The translations under genes and the position numbers were made by a program. Below the pieces are notes generated by a model. The model did no database searches. It saw nothing but the letters and a program-made list of their open reading frames with translations, and had not been told where the DNA came from. Of a stretch of 64,000 nucleotides of DNA, positions 23,811-37,177 are shown in pieces (the stretch's first letter is position 1; every line of letters starts with the position of its first letter). Source of the DNA: Hypanus sabinus (Eukaryota); contig NC_082713.1 in the NCBI RefSeq assembly GCF_030144855.1, positions 56,420,001 to 56,484,000 of the forward strand. The letters run 5' to 3'.

Positions 23811-26800
23811 TGTGTTTCCGCCAGAAGCACAATATAAACATTGTATGAACATCTTTATGTATGTAGTGTTAAACTGGGCTTTGTGGTGATGAGAGATTGG
23901 ATTGACAAGTATTGTAGTTACTGGAGGTTAATTAATTACATTGAAATGTACATACATCTGCCAGAGAGAGATATTTCACCAGGCTACAAGGGCAATCAGA
24001 CTCCAGGTATAGAGTAAAACACAAAAAATCTCTTCACAATATTGTCTGCCACAAAATGCATTGGAGACCAAGTTGTTTAATTTACTTCGAAGAAATATGT
24101 AGATTTGTGAACACAAAATGCATCAGTGGAAATGGGCAGATAGCAGGAACATGGATGGTATAGAGATGGCCTATTCCTCCCATTTTCCAGTTTATTTGCA
24201 AGTAAAAAATAAAAATAGTAATAAATATGGAAGCTCTGTGTCTGCAATATTCTGGCTGAAGGAAATAAAATTTTATTCCATCTTGTAAAAATGGCTGGAG
24301 TTCAGTGTGTGCTTATTCCAACTTTGTCATTTTTCTATATTACTCTTAAGATACGAGACAGACTCTGTAACCCATCTTTCCTTCCTTCCCAGCTTGCAAC
24401 TGTTTGAATAGTTTAAATAAATCATCTTTTTATTACCATATTCACAAGTTCACTACTTCATTCTTTATGAAATCATTCCAGAATTTCCTTTAGGAGTTTC
24501 TAATTGGGGTTAGAAACAATTACATCATCTATTACTTTTATACTTATACAGTAAAGACAAAAGCATGTTTCTTTAGGTGCAGCCCTCAAAATCTCTAGTT
24601 AGGAAAGCAAGAGCAATATGTGCATGGGAACACTAAAGCAGCGTCCCTGGATTTAAATTCTATTCTATAAGTCATTCTATAACATTCTTTATTCCATATA
24701 TTGCTTTCTATTTTCTCTTTCTACTTACTAAATTTGTAATATTTTCTATGTACCTTTTGATCAAAAGCCTTCAGCTTGAGCTTTTACTGTTTGTCTTTCC
24801 ACAGATGTTACTTGACCTGCAGAGCATTTTATTTATAATAATTGCAGAGTGTGGTAATTGCTAATTATTTCCAACTGGGCCTGCACCCAATCAGCTACCA
24901 AACCTTAACTGTGAGTAACGGGTGACTGAGTGTAGAAACATACTGATGTAATAATTGAATCAGGCAGCAGAGAAACAGGCCCTTCACCCATCATGTCCAT
25001 GCTAGTCATCTGCAATAGCCTGTCAATATGAATGGATATAGGTTTTATTAGGATCTTTCTGTAGATAGGGAATAATACAGACAGAAATGCAAAACACAAC
25101 ATTTCATAAAACTCATTTATGGTGTACTTTCTCAACACCGTTAACAATGTGCATTCTTTCAAGAAATAATACTGTTACCAAAAATACAATGATAAATTAA
25201 AGAGAACAAGAGGCACCAAATGGCAAAACATACTCCTACTGTATACCAAGCAAGTAATTGGATAAGCAGAAAAATCAGATTGCATATCGTCTTGGCACTC
25301 AATGCACTAAACTGAGAGAACATCAAAAAAATGTCCTTAGCTGCATTTTTAATTCAAATCAGAGAAATCTATCAGTCAAATCATTATTATTTTTCCCCAG
25401 TCAGGAAAAATGCCTGTGTAGTGATTGACTCTAGAAATATGAGCAAATCCAGCTTTATGAATACTGTACATATTTCCACAATGAAAAAAATAGACTGCTG
25501 CAGTAACAGTCCACAATGATTCCATTGTATTTTCAAATTGAAAATGAAATGCATGAACATTTTTTAATGTGGAAGGTAATTGTGACTATGCTGTACAAAT
25601 TTGTACAGTGAATCTTTAGTTTTTGAAAGAACCAGAAAGAAAGGATAAAATAGCAGTTGGCGCAAACATTTTAACAAAATTGACTCCATGTTACAAATTG
25701 TCTAGATGACAAAAATTATTGCTGGTAAAAGCAGAATAACATTTTCATATACAGTATTGAAATTACAATCTGCATTGTGTGTTTGGGATAGCGGAATGTT
25801 CAAACATAGATGTCCCATTTGTTCAAATGTTCACTAAAGATTGGAAACAATTCCTAAAAAAGCCATACACTCCTGAGGCAAACAATATAACTTGTCTCTG
25901 ACACAGCTTGCATTTCACATCACTTCCTTTTAAATGTAAGTTCTTAAAAGGTATTTCAGGGCAGGAAATCTATTGGGCCCATCAGGCTGGAAGTGACCAT
26001 GTAAATTATAAAACCATGTAAATGAGAAATTAAACATGGAAAAGACAAATTACAATAAATCAAATGGCTTTAGGTCACAGAATTATGTTTAGAATCAATT
26101 CTTTGTAGAATAGACAAACTTTCTTGCTCAAGTGGATTGTCATATACTGTATCTTAATATATATAAAAAAATTAATGGTTCATCCAATTACCAGGTATAT
26201 AAATATATTAAAGGTGTACAGATTCTAATAAATGCCTTATAAACGTATATTCATGTCCTACCTTCTGTTTATAAGTGGAAAAAAATGTTTATGTGGGCTG
26301 CCCAGTCCAAGTAGCTCATTTTTAAATCTGCAAGTCATTTTTTGACAAAGTTTCATTAAAATACTTTGTATTCAGAAAGTTCCAATGTTTCAAGTATCTT
26401 CATAACCCAATGACACTTTTGTAAAGTCAAAACTAATTCAGCCAAATTTGCACAGTGCAATATTCTACAATGTTTCAGCAAGATAAATACATACTTCAAA
26501 AAAAAAACACACACACCATAGGATTTTCAATGCCCATCTGCGAATAAGCAATAACCTCTCATTTGAAAGGCAGTAACTTCACCAATGCAACAATTTACTC
26601 AAGGGTCATACTGAAATCTCAACAGTGAGATATGAATCTATAATCTGACTCAATTGTACAAGTGTGGAAAAGACAAGCATCACTTAAAACAGTAAAAGAT
26701 CACACCTAGAATGACAGTATAAAGCAGTAATATAATATGCATAGATTAGCATATCAGTTTTTACTATGATATCAGACACTTGAGATTTTAATATCGATTG

Positions 26801-27709
26801 TTATTTTCTAAATGCTGAGCATAACATGTTCTAATTCCTAGCTGCACTGCAACAATAAATGGTAAGCAGCAAGGTCTGCAGAAACATACAGTGAACCAGG
26901 TTTTGCTCATGGGCAACATGATCTGAAATCACTATGGTAAATGCAATTTTTAAGTCAGAAAAGATACCTGGAAGTGATGTTAAAAACTAGAATGCACAAG
27001 GATATTTAAATGAAAAGGCAAAACAAAAGGAAATAGAAACAAGTAATAAACTCAGCTTCTAAGACTGTGTATTGACTTTTCAATGCTCCCAAGGCACCTG
27101 TTTTTAATAAATTTGACATCATATTGAATTTGTAAATACATTCTTATCATGTTGCAAACTACATTAAATTATTAAACTCCAATCTTTTTCAAGTGTCAGC
27201 ATGGGGACTGCATAATTTTCAACAACATCAATATTTAGCAAGTACTTAGTGTTAGTGCTAGGAACCATGTAAGTACACAGGCAATTATTCCATTCCAAAA
27301 TTACACATGGTTATTAAGATTCAAAATATAAAAATAAAACATAACAAGATTTTCATTTTGTGCTGAAGGAGCACTAGAATGTGATCATTCTGTGAATGCA
27401 AATCATGTTAAAATTTATGTCAATTCTTCCATGAGTGCAACCATGCTATTATATTCAACACCACTTTGATTATAGTCCTAAACAAAGGTAAAAACAAATG
27501 TTGAAGATTTATTTCATTAAGAATTGCGAGGCCAAGAATTCGGCAAGGAAAATCTCCTTCAATACAATATAATAAAGCCACTTGCTCAGTACTGATCTGT
27601 GGGCCACTCACCCTACAAAATACATACAATCTATCAATGCTTTGGAGGGTAGGGACGGAAGTATTATGGAGTGTAGTTCTTCACTCAAAATAACATCTTC
27701 AACTAATCC

Positions 27710-27787
27710 TCATGATGCAAGTCCAATTAGGAAGCCACCTACAAAACCACCTGTGAGGACAATGTTCTTTTTCACAAACACAGTCAC
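27710..27787 (-). CDS. FUNDC2: FUNDC2 exon 5: VTVFVKKNIVLTGGFVGGFLIGLAS*
   Basis: Pyrimidine tract and tag acceptor, FUN14 C-terminal GGF.GGFL.G.AS motif, TGA at 27712-27710. Confidence 0.93.
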   Translation of the reverse strand: MTVFVKKNIVLTGGFVGGFLIGLAS

Positions 27788-28103
27788 CTATGTGGTGGAA
27801 GAAGAAAGAAAATACTGGTTAGCATTTTTTTAACATTTCAAAGCAGCTGAGAACTCAAAAACATTATTAGTGAAATAAAAAACTAAAAACGGCTCATAAT
27901 CAAAGTCTTTGTATGTTTGATGCAATAAAAGAAATTGCAAAAGTTCTTTATACAGCCTTTCAATTCTTGGATATTGGAAGGGGTGCCAGAAGATTGCAAA
28001 ATGCTACACCCCTCTGAAAATGAAGTAATAAATCTGGCACTAGCAAACATTGGCTAGTGACCTAATGAAGTGAGGGAAGAACTAAATAGAAAGGACAAAT
28101 ATA

Positions 28104-29717
28104 CAAACCCCATTTCCAGAAAAGTTGGGATATTTTCCAAAATGCAATAAAAACAAAAATCTGTGATATGTTAATTCACGTGAACCTTTATTTAACTGAC
28201 AAAAGTACAAAGAAAAGAATTTCAATAGTTTTACTGACCAAGTTAATTGTATTTTGTAAATATACACAAATTTAGAATTTGATGGCTGCAACACACTCAA
28301 AAAAAAGTTGGGACAGAGGCATATTTACCATTGGGTTACATCACCTTTCCTTTTAATAACACTTTTTAATCATTTTGGAACTGAGGATACTAATTGTAGT
28401 AGATTTGCAATTGGAAATTTTGCCCATTCTTGCTCGATATAAGACTTCAGCTGCTCAACAGTCCGTGGTCTCTGTTGTCTGATTCTCCTCTTCATGACGC
28501 GCCATACATTTTCAATAGTAGATCTGGACTGGCAGCAGGCCAGTCAAGCACACGCACTCTGTGTCTACAAAGCCACGCTGTTGTAGCCCGTGCAGAATGT
28601 GGTCTGGCATTGTCCTGCTGAAATAAGCATGGACGTCCCGGGAAGAGACATCGCCTTGATGGCAACATATGTCTCTCTAAAATCCTAATATATGCCTCAG
28701 AGTCAATGGTACCTTCACATACATGCAACTCACCCATGCTGTGGGCACTGATGCACCCCCATACCATCACAGATGCTGGCTTTTACACCTTTCGCTGATA
28801 ACAATCAGGATGGTCATTTTCATCTTTGGCACGGAGAACTCGACGCCCGTTTTTTCCAAAAACTAGCTGAAATGTGGAATCTGACCACAGCACACAGTTC
28901 CACAGTCTTTCGGTCCATCTGAGATGAGCTCGGGCCCAGAGAACTCGCCAGCGTTTCTGCATAGAATTGATGTATGGCCTCCTCCTTGCGTAATACAGTT
29001 TCAAGTTGCATTTCTGGATGCAGCAACGGACTGTGTTAAGTGACAATGGTTTTCCAAAGTACTCCCGAGCCCAGGTGGCTATAATTGTCACAGTAGCATG
29101 ATGGTTTTTTAGGCAGTGTCGCCTGCGGACTCGAAGATCACGCGCATTCAACAGTGGTTTCTGACCTTGCCTTTTACGCACTGAGATGTCTCTGAATCTT
29201 TTCACAATATTGTGTAATATAGATGCTGGAAGACCTAAATTCTCTGCAATCTTGCATTGGGAAATGTTCCTTTAGAACTGACTAACAATTCTCTCACGAA
29301 TTTTGGCACAAAGGGGTGAGCCACGACCCATCCTTGTTTGCAAAGACTGAGCCTTTGATGGACACTACTTTTATACCCTGTCATGATACCTCCCCTGCCA
29401 CCAATTAGCCTGCTTAATGTGGAGTCTTCCAAACTGGTGTTACTTGAATATTCTGTGCACTTTTCAATCTTATTTTAACTCTGTCCCAACTTTTGTTGAG
29501 TGTGTTGCAGCCATCAAATTCTAAATTTGTGTATATTTACAAAATACAATTAAGTTGGTCAGTAAAACTATTGTAAATCGTTTCTTTGTACTTTTGTCAG
29601 TTAAATAAAGGTTCACGTGAATTAACATCTCACAGATTTTTGTTTTTGCTGCATTTTGGAAAATATCTTTTTCAAAAAGTTATTTTCAGAAAATAACTTT
29701 TCTGGAAATTGGGTTTG
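28104..29717 (-). mobile_element. Tc1-like DNA transposon, near full length, frameshifted transposase, in FUNDC2 intron 4
   Basis: About 210-bp ITRs (CAAACCC...GGGTTTG) with TA duplication at 28102-3 and 29718-9. ORF remnants VLWSD, MVWGC and FQQDNARPH...WPAASPDL. Confidence 0.93.
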
Positions 29718-31405
29718 TACTTGATATAGGTTGATTTTAAACAAGCTAGTGTAGAATTATGAAATAAAAATAATGCCTGATAAAATGGTTTGAATTTCTT
29801 GATAAGAAAATGATAAATAAGGATAGCATTGATGAACTTATTATGAATACACTTCCAAAAAAAGCATTTGATAAAATAACATAGAATAAACATGTTAACA
29901 ATATTGAAGTTTATTGGATTAAGAACTTGGTGGTGGAGAGAAAACACAAAGCAGCAGTTTACATTTCCCTCTATTTTGAAAATAACTAAATGGTATCACC
30001 TACAGATCAGTTTAAAAGCAACAGCTCTTTTTAACGGGTATTAATGATCCAGATGGTTAGAAAAGGAACAATTTTGCAAATGGAAAGGAAGAGAAAAAGA
30101 GAATTGGTGGCAGGAAATAATGTGAGGAATGAGGAAGATGAGATTCCCAAAAAAAAAGATGAAGGACAGTGCTAAGATTTTACAAAAATGCTAAAGACAG
30201 ATGTGCAGGTCAATACAGGTCAGCACCCCGACAGATTAGTCACATGGACAAAGTACTAACAAAACTGGTACCGCTCATACAATAAGTACACTAGTATGAA
30301 ACTGAATTCACATGAAATATAGAGGAAAGGGGAAAATCTATAATGTTTTCAATTACTGCACCGGAAAGGAATATTTGAACTAAAAATTCAATGTAGTCAA
30401 CATGATGCATCAAGTGTAAAATAAAACTATAAAGATATATGCACTGTTCACTTACAAGTAGGGGACTCATTTTTTTTCATTCCAGGTGTTTACTTTTAAA
30501 CTATATTCACAATATTCCAGCAATCTTTTCAGATCTGCCCATGGAATAAATATCTGACACACTGTCTGATGAGTCCATATTGCACACACATATTTATAGC
30601 TTTACCCACCGCAGACTCTGACTGAGTCGTATTACTGCATCATATTTTCCACAGTAATGCTCGGTAGAAAACATGTGACTATATAACAGTAACAGTGTTC
30701 TGTTATGGAACAACTTCAAGTCTGCAAGAGAACATCTCAGAATTCTTAGTTTGGGGGCAAGGGAAGGTGTAAGTATTTAAGATTTTTTTAATAAGTTCAA
30801 GGACTGATGGAAGGCAACACAACTGACAGTGTAAGATTGTCTTTTTTAAATAATAGGTTTGAAATACAGTGAGGTAGTTTGCTGAAAGTGTCATAACCGA
30901 AAGAAATAACATTATCCTTAAACAAAAAATACTTTATTGTACAGGAATCTAAACATGGCCATATTAGAGACATAGGAGACTGCAAATGCTGGAGTGAAAA
31001 AACCTTGCTAAAGAAACTCAGCAAGTCTGTGCAGACAAAGGGATAGTCAATGTTTTAAGTTGAGATCTTGCTTCAGGAATGAGAATGTTGAGGGGAGATA
31101 GGAAGTATAAAAAGGTGAGAGGGAGGGCAAAGCTGAGACTGGCAGGCAAAAGGTGAAGATGGAGATTACAGACAAGTGGAACCAGCTGAGAGGGGGAGGG
31201 GTGGGACGGAGTTGGGAGACAGTAGTTGCCCAGTGATAGGCTGCAGTAAGTATTTTTTCTTATTAATTTAAACATGTCAATAGACCAAAATTAAAAGTAT
31301 TCAGCTCCTCTTAAATAGAATTGACAGAGGAAAACCGCATTGGCCTTTACTTGGTTAATGCAGTTAGGCAGCAATACATATCTTTGTATGTTATTATCTC
31401 CCTAC

Positions 31406-31534
31406 CTCATCAAATGCACCATGTACTTCTGATGCAACCTTATTTTTGCCAATTTTCAACTGCTTCTTTGCTTTGTTCACATCTCTCTCCACTCGTTTCC
31501 AGTCAACAGTGATGTACCCCGTGTGATTGGCAAT
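31406..31534 (-). CDS. FUNDC2: FUNDC2 exon 4: [43 protein letters not shown]
   Basis: 129-nt phase-0 exon with canonical ag/gt. The ANHTGYI.VDW and QLKI residues are FUNDC2-type. Confidence 0.94.
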
Positions 31535-31813
31535 CTGGAAGAAACACTAGATTACTACACCATCTTTCCCAGTGCAGCTTGATTCAGTACAAAGTTATGC
31601 AAAATCTGTCTTGTGATGCAAGAAATGCTTATTTTTTCCTCCCTGAAGTGCAAGTTGGTTATCAGAGTTTACACAAGAGAAAGTGGCAGTGGTAAAAGAA
31701 GCATTTTACTTGTGTTCTGGTGATTGAATTAATCACTGATTGAGCAGCATTCATTTTGCTCTGTCATCTGAGGGAGGAAAATAAGTAGTGTGGGTTAACC
31801 CATAAAAATCATT

Positions 31814-32290
31814 NNNNNNNNNNNNNNNNNNNNNNNNNNNNNNNNNNNNNNNNNNNNNNNNNNNNNNNNNNNNNNNNNNNNNNNNNNNNNNNNNNNNNNN
31901 NNNNNNNNNNNNNNNNNNNNNNNNNNNNNNNNNNNNNNNNNNNNNNNNNNNNNNNNNNNNNNNNNNNNNNNNNNNNNNNNNNNNNNNNNNNNNNNNNNNN
32001 NNNNNNNNNNNNNNNNNNNNNNNNNNNNNNNNNNNNNNNNNNNNNNNNNNNNNNNNNNNNNNNNNNNNNNNNNNNNNNNNNNNNNNNNNNNNNNNNNNNN
32101 NNNNNNNNNNNNNNNNNNNNNNNNNNNNNNNNNNNNNNNNNNNNNNNNNNNNNNNNNNNNNNNNNNNNNNNNNNNNNNNNNNNNNNNNNNNNNNNNNNNN
32201 NNNNNNNNNNNNNNNNNNNNNNNNNNNNNNNNNNNNNNNNNNNNNNNNNNNNNNNNNNNNNNNNNNNNNNNNNNNNNNNNNNNNNNNNNA
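31814..32290. other. Assembly gap (477 N) in FUNDC2 intron 3
   Basis: Run of N. Confidence 1.
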
Positions 32291-33128
32291 CAATAATCTG
32301 CCTGGCACCCAGCTCTCTACAGACTAAAACGGACATCATCTACCCCTCCAGTTTCTAGTCACTTTTCAAATAGTTTCTGCAGTTACATTTTGTGGTTTCC
32401 GGACAAAAAAATAATTAAAATCTTTTCAAATAAACTATGAATGGCATGTAATTCAAAAATGAGGTATACACAGAGAAAACAGCTAGAGAAATGTGAATGC
32501 AGTGTAATGACTCGCTTTGGTAAGAATAACAAGCAGCAGTGGCGTGGCCACTCAGCACTGAGATACAAGCTAATGGGTGCACTCTGGCAAACACTATAAG
32601 CTCAGGCCACTGCTGGAGACTGATAGTATTTGCTCCATACGTTGACAGACCACTTGGCTGGTACAGGCTTCCTCATTACCACCTGTTGCATGTGAAGGAT
32701 CTGTGCCTGAAGCCCAGACATGCTTAATAACAAACAATCACGCAACAATTTTTATTATATCCAGTCAACAACCTCTCATCTATAAGGAAGATATTTTTAC
32801 CAGTTACATATTTTGCAGAAAAAGGTCATCCGGAAATGAACGGATGCATTTTGCACAAGTGCTTTCAATGGAACACTAGCTGAAATCCAACTTTATCTAT
32901 TCTTCTTTAAGACTGAATTCCCAGTCAACTAAATGCACTTACATTTGTTTTATGACAGAACTGCCCATTAATTTTACAAAAATGCAAACAATCTTGAGTT
33001 TATGAACAAGTTTCTTCCTTTTCTAGACCTCCTCATTACATTCTCCTGAGCTTCCCCAATTGTATCATTGTCCTGTACTTAATCAATTAATATTTCAGTC
33101 ATTTTTGACAGAATCAAGTCAGGCTCAC

Positions 33129-33200
33129 CTGTAGCAGGAAGAAGCCTCCCCCAACTGCAGTTGCAGCTAATTTACCAACTTTCTGAAAGAGAAAGCACAC
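33129..33200 (-). CDS. FUNDC2: FUNDC2 exon 3 (..[22 protein letters not shown]), 72 nt, apparently 4 nt short (frameshift in this assembly)
   Basis: ttttgcag acceptor, CAG|GTGAGC donor and a perfectly conserved FUN14 core, but only 6 nt precede it where 10 are needed. Confidence 0.9.
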
Positions 33201-34058
33201 CTGCAAAAATTATATAAAAATTCAATATTTTCTTAACATTTTCAGAAAAACAAACTGTATAAATACTGATAGATTTGATGTTAGATTCCCTTGAGGATCA
33301 AGGCAAGACATCCAGTACTAGCATTTACAAGTTACAGAAGAGGAGTATGTGACAAAAAACTAAAACACAGGTCTGTGAGCTTAAGTTGTACAAAATGCTG
33401 AAAATGAGTTTGTACGTTTTTTAGGCCTGCCAGGATCTCAAAGTAAGTGAATTAAACTGGTTGACCTATCAAACCATCCAAATATCTGTAAAAATTCAGA
33501 GCCCTAATCAGCTTTCATATAGGTCACTGGGCTGGCAGTACTGATTTGAAATTATTTCACATTGTTTGATTACAGAATATTTAATAACTGGTCTACTTTC
33601 CAGTACTACATCAGCTAGGAACCTACAATGAGCTCCGAGTACTTCCTCGAATGAAATCTGGTGGGAGCGCTTCAAGAGAATAGAGGTTATTTGGTGTAAC
33701 TAGAAAGCAGGTTAAAATGGGCCAGCAACTTCCAACTAATAGAGTTTACCAATCAGTTTCTTTTCTTTTCATTCAGGTAGCTTATCAACTGAGACATCTA
33801 ATCTTCATTTCTATAGGATCACAGTAGATGTGATATTCAGTTTAAAAAAAATTAACTTATTTTGTTACTAGATCACACTCAATCTATTCATTGGAATACT
33901 ACAAAAAGCAACACATAAAATCATAACAGATTGACCTCGTAGCAACATTTGCAATATTACTAACTCTTGCAGGTCTCCCTCCTTAATTCAGGATGAATAT
34001 AAAGTAAGCAGGGTTAACTTTTCTGCTCAAGACCATTATGAAAAAGTGTTCAGTTTAC

Positions 34059-34215
34059 CATCCACTGGCTCCTCCAATCATCAGCTGCGTTGCTACTGTA
34101 TATTTCTCAGCAATTGGTCCAGAGTTTCTGCCGAAGAATCGGTTCCACCATCTTTGTCGTTTAGCATATTCAGCCAAATCCAACACCTCAAACTGGTCAC
34201 TTTCATTTCCCTGCT
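34059..34215 (-). CDS. FUNDC2: FUNDC2 exon 2: (E)[52 protein letters not shown]
   Basis: 157-nt exon, phase 1 to 2, canonical splice sites, FUN14-domain N-terminus. Confidence 0.94.
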
Positions 34216-34571
34216 CTAGAGAAAATTAATAAAGTCTAAGTTTTGGTTTTGTTAGAACATGTGCAGATATCCTGCTCAGTGGTACTCACTTTCAAACTGT
34301 ACAAACATCCATCAGGATGATGAAGGGCCAAATGAACTGCCAATCTTTTACATGAGAAGCTTAATGGATGAATTATCTTATTGGTGCAATTAATGAAATT
34401 AAACTTTGTACCAGCCACCCTGAATAATGCAAACACGTGCACTGTGATGATGTTACACTTCTAGCCAAGAGCTATTCTAGTGTAATAAACTTTAATACAT
34501 GCCAATACACAACAAACCAAATGCATAAATTACAAAATACTCCTAACAGCATTTGGCCCATTAAATGAAAG

Positions 34572-35080
34572 CTCAAAGTTAAAAGTAAATTTATTATCAA
34601 GGTACCCATATGTCATCATATCAATCCTCAGTTTTGTTTTCTTTCGGACAGTCACAGTAAATCCAAGAAACATAACAGAATCGATGAAAGACTGCCCTAG
34701 CAGGACAGACAGGCCACCAATGGGCAAACAACAAACAGTACAAATACAATAGAAAAAAAAGAAATAGATAGATAGATAGATAAACAAACAAACAAGCAAG
34801 CAAGCAATAAATATCAGGAACATAAGAAGAAAAGTCCTTAAAATGAGTGTGTAGGTTGTGGGAACAGTTCAGTGAGGGGACGAGTGAAGTTATTCCCACT
34901 GGTTCAAGAGCCTGATGGCTGAGAGGCAATAACTGTTCCTGACCCTGGTGGTCTGGGTCCTGAGGCTCTTGTACCCCCGATGGCAGCAGTGAGAAGTGAG
35001 CATGGCCGGGGGGGGGGAGGGTCTGTGATGATGGATGCTGCTTTCCTGTGACAACGCTCCTTATAGATGTGCTCGATGGG
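34572..35080 (-). mobile_element. Rex1/Babar-like LINE 3' remnant with compound (GATA)/(CAAA)/(CAAG) microsatellite
   Basis: PGHAHFSLLPSG remnant in ORF 34621-35103 and the family 3'UTR. Confidence 0.6.
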
Positions 35081-36360
35081 CTCAACCAGACATCATAATA
35101 CAAAATTAAGCAACTCTACATTTTCCCCTTCTTTCTCCTTTTTCTTTCAATATTCATGATCTGTTATCCATCAGAAAAACACGAACAGTTCTAATGGTAC
35201 AATGGCTCAGAAACTCGACGAACATTGGACCATTTGAGAATGCAGCATCCTAATCTGTAAATTTTGTTAAAAAAGACTTGACTGTATGTAGTAAAATGTT
35301 ATTTAGAAAACAAAATATATATATATATATATAACATGGAGAAATACTTAAAAAGCATAAGAATTAAGTCCCAGTTTAGCCCACACATTAACACCTTTCA
35401 CAATATCACAGTGAAGGTCACAAAAAATTCCTGTCCCAAATAGTCTAAACCTCAAAAAGAAAGCTGAAGTTAGGGTTCAAGATTTAATGATGCTGCTATT
35501 TAATCCCTAGCACCTCACATCAGCTGTCACATTTCAATAAGCTCAAGCCACTAAAGGAATGCTTTCAGGATTTCAGTCCAACAAATATCAAGTGGACGGA
35601 CGTGAGCAGCTGCTGTTATTATAGTGTAGGTCTCTCTCTCTCTCTGCCATCAAACTAGGCGTGTGGCACAGAACCATATGAGGAAATATTTATTGAGATG
35701 TTCTTAATTCAACAAGAATTTGTTTTGGAAAAAAAAACGCCAATATAGGTACCCCATTTTTTTCCCCATGTTTTGGCAGGATATTGGAAAACAGATGTTA
35801 GTAATAGTCGTCGACACTTTCTGGTATAGGTCCCAGAAAGTATAAGGTGTAGCTACTTAGAGAAGTCAATAGAAGGATCAACTCACTCAGCATCTGATGG
35901 AAAACCTAATGCTTTGACTTAGGCACTGAGAAGCAAGCAGCACATACTGCTGAGCCAAAACAGAACAATCTCTTTAATGTGGACTTTCTGGAGTCAGTTG
36001 CTATGAGTCAACTATTTAAAAGGATCTCAGGCAGTTGAGCAGCCATCACATGAAAAATCTTACAGGCATATTAACTTAAATAGGAACAGAACACAAGAGT
36101 GTTCCACTATTAATAAAATTACAGCCTATTTGATCTTTGGCATTATAGTTTTCTACCCTGTTCCCCTTATTTTGGAAACATAGCTTTAAATATTTTTAAT
36201 AATTCAGTAGAAAATTCCAAGGATTCACAACTCCAATCGAAAAAATTCCTGTGGAAAAAGATTTTAACCCTTATCCAGGGATTATAGCTCCCAAGACCAA
36301 CACCATTCAAAAAAAAAGGCAACCAATACTGCAGTCTGTAGAGAAGTACTAGATTGGATA

Positions 36361-36562
36361 AAAAAATAAAAACACAAAATGCTGGCAAAACTCAGCAGGC
36401 CAGACTGCATCTATGGGAGGAGGTAGTGATAACGTTCTTCAACAGGAGTTTCAGCCCGAAACGTCATCACTGCCTCCTCCCATAGATGCTGTCTGGCCTG
36501 CTGAGTTCTGCCAGCATTTTGTGTTTTTATTTATTTCCAGCATCTGCAGATTCACTCATGTT
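36361..36562. mobile_element. Penelope-like element fragment with inverted terminal duplication and 14-bp TSD
   Basis: Arms of about 70 bp form an inverted repeat. TACTAGATTGGATA flanks both sides (36347-36360 and 36563-36576). Confidence 0.75.
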
Positions 36563-36910
36563 TACTAGATTGGATAGTTCTTTTTAATGATGTAATAACG
36601 GGGAGAAAAACTGACTTGCAGAATTACTATTGTTTAAACTTCAGACTGAAAAATTACTCCATTTTCTCATAGATGTATCAGAGCCACATACTTAATAATT
36701 CGTGTTTTCTGAACAGAATGTGCCACGTTTATAGATGTACCTTAACATCGCTCACTGCAACCATTGTGCTGATGTGGGTTATCAATAGTTGACCTTCCAT
36801 TATTGGTACAAATTCCATTGCATTATCAAATGTGTACTATTTATGGCCCAACTCATCCCTGCCAACCAACATACCTTCCCTTTCCCTGCATTTGGCCTAC
36901 ATCTCTAAAC

Positions 36911-36990
36911 CAGGGGTTCCCAACCTTTATTTATTCATGGGCCCCTGCCATTAACCAATGGCTCTGTGGACCCCAAGTTGGGAACCCCTG
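36911..36990. mobile_element. 80-bp hAT-type MITE
   Basis: TIRs CAGGGGTTCCCAAC / GTTGGGAACCCCTG and an 8-bp TSD CTCTAAAC / GTCTAAAC. Confidence 0.85.
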
Positions 36991-37177
36991 GTCTAAACCT
37001 TACTATCCAGGAACTTGTTCAAATGTATTTTAAACATTGTAATTGTACCTGGATCTATCATTTCTTCTGGAAGCTCATTCCATACACCTTCTGAATAAAA
37101 AAATGTGCCCCTCAGATCTCTCCTCTCTCACCTTAAGACTTCAATTTTAAACTCACCTATCCTAGGGAGAAACATTG

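Noticed and set aside
31751-32339. ORFs of 185 and 176 aa
   Set aside because: Artefacts of translating through the N gap.
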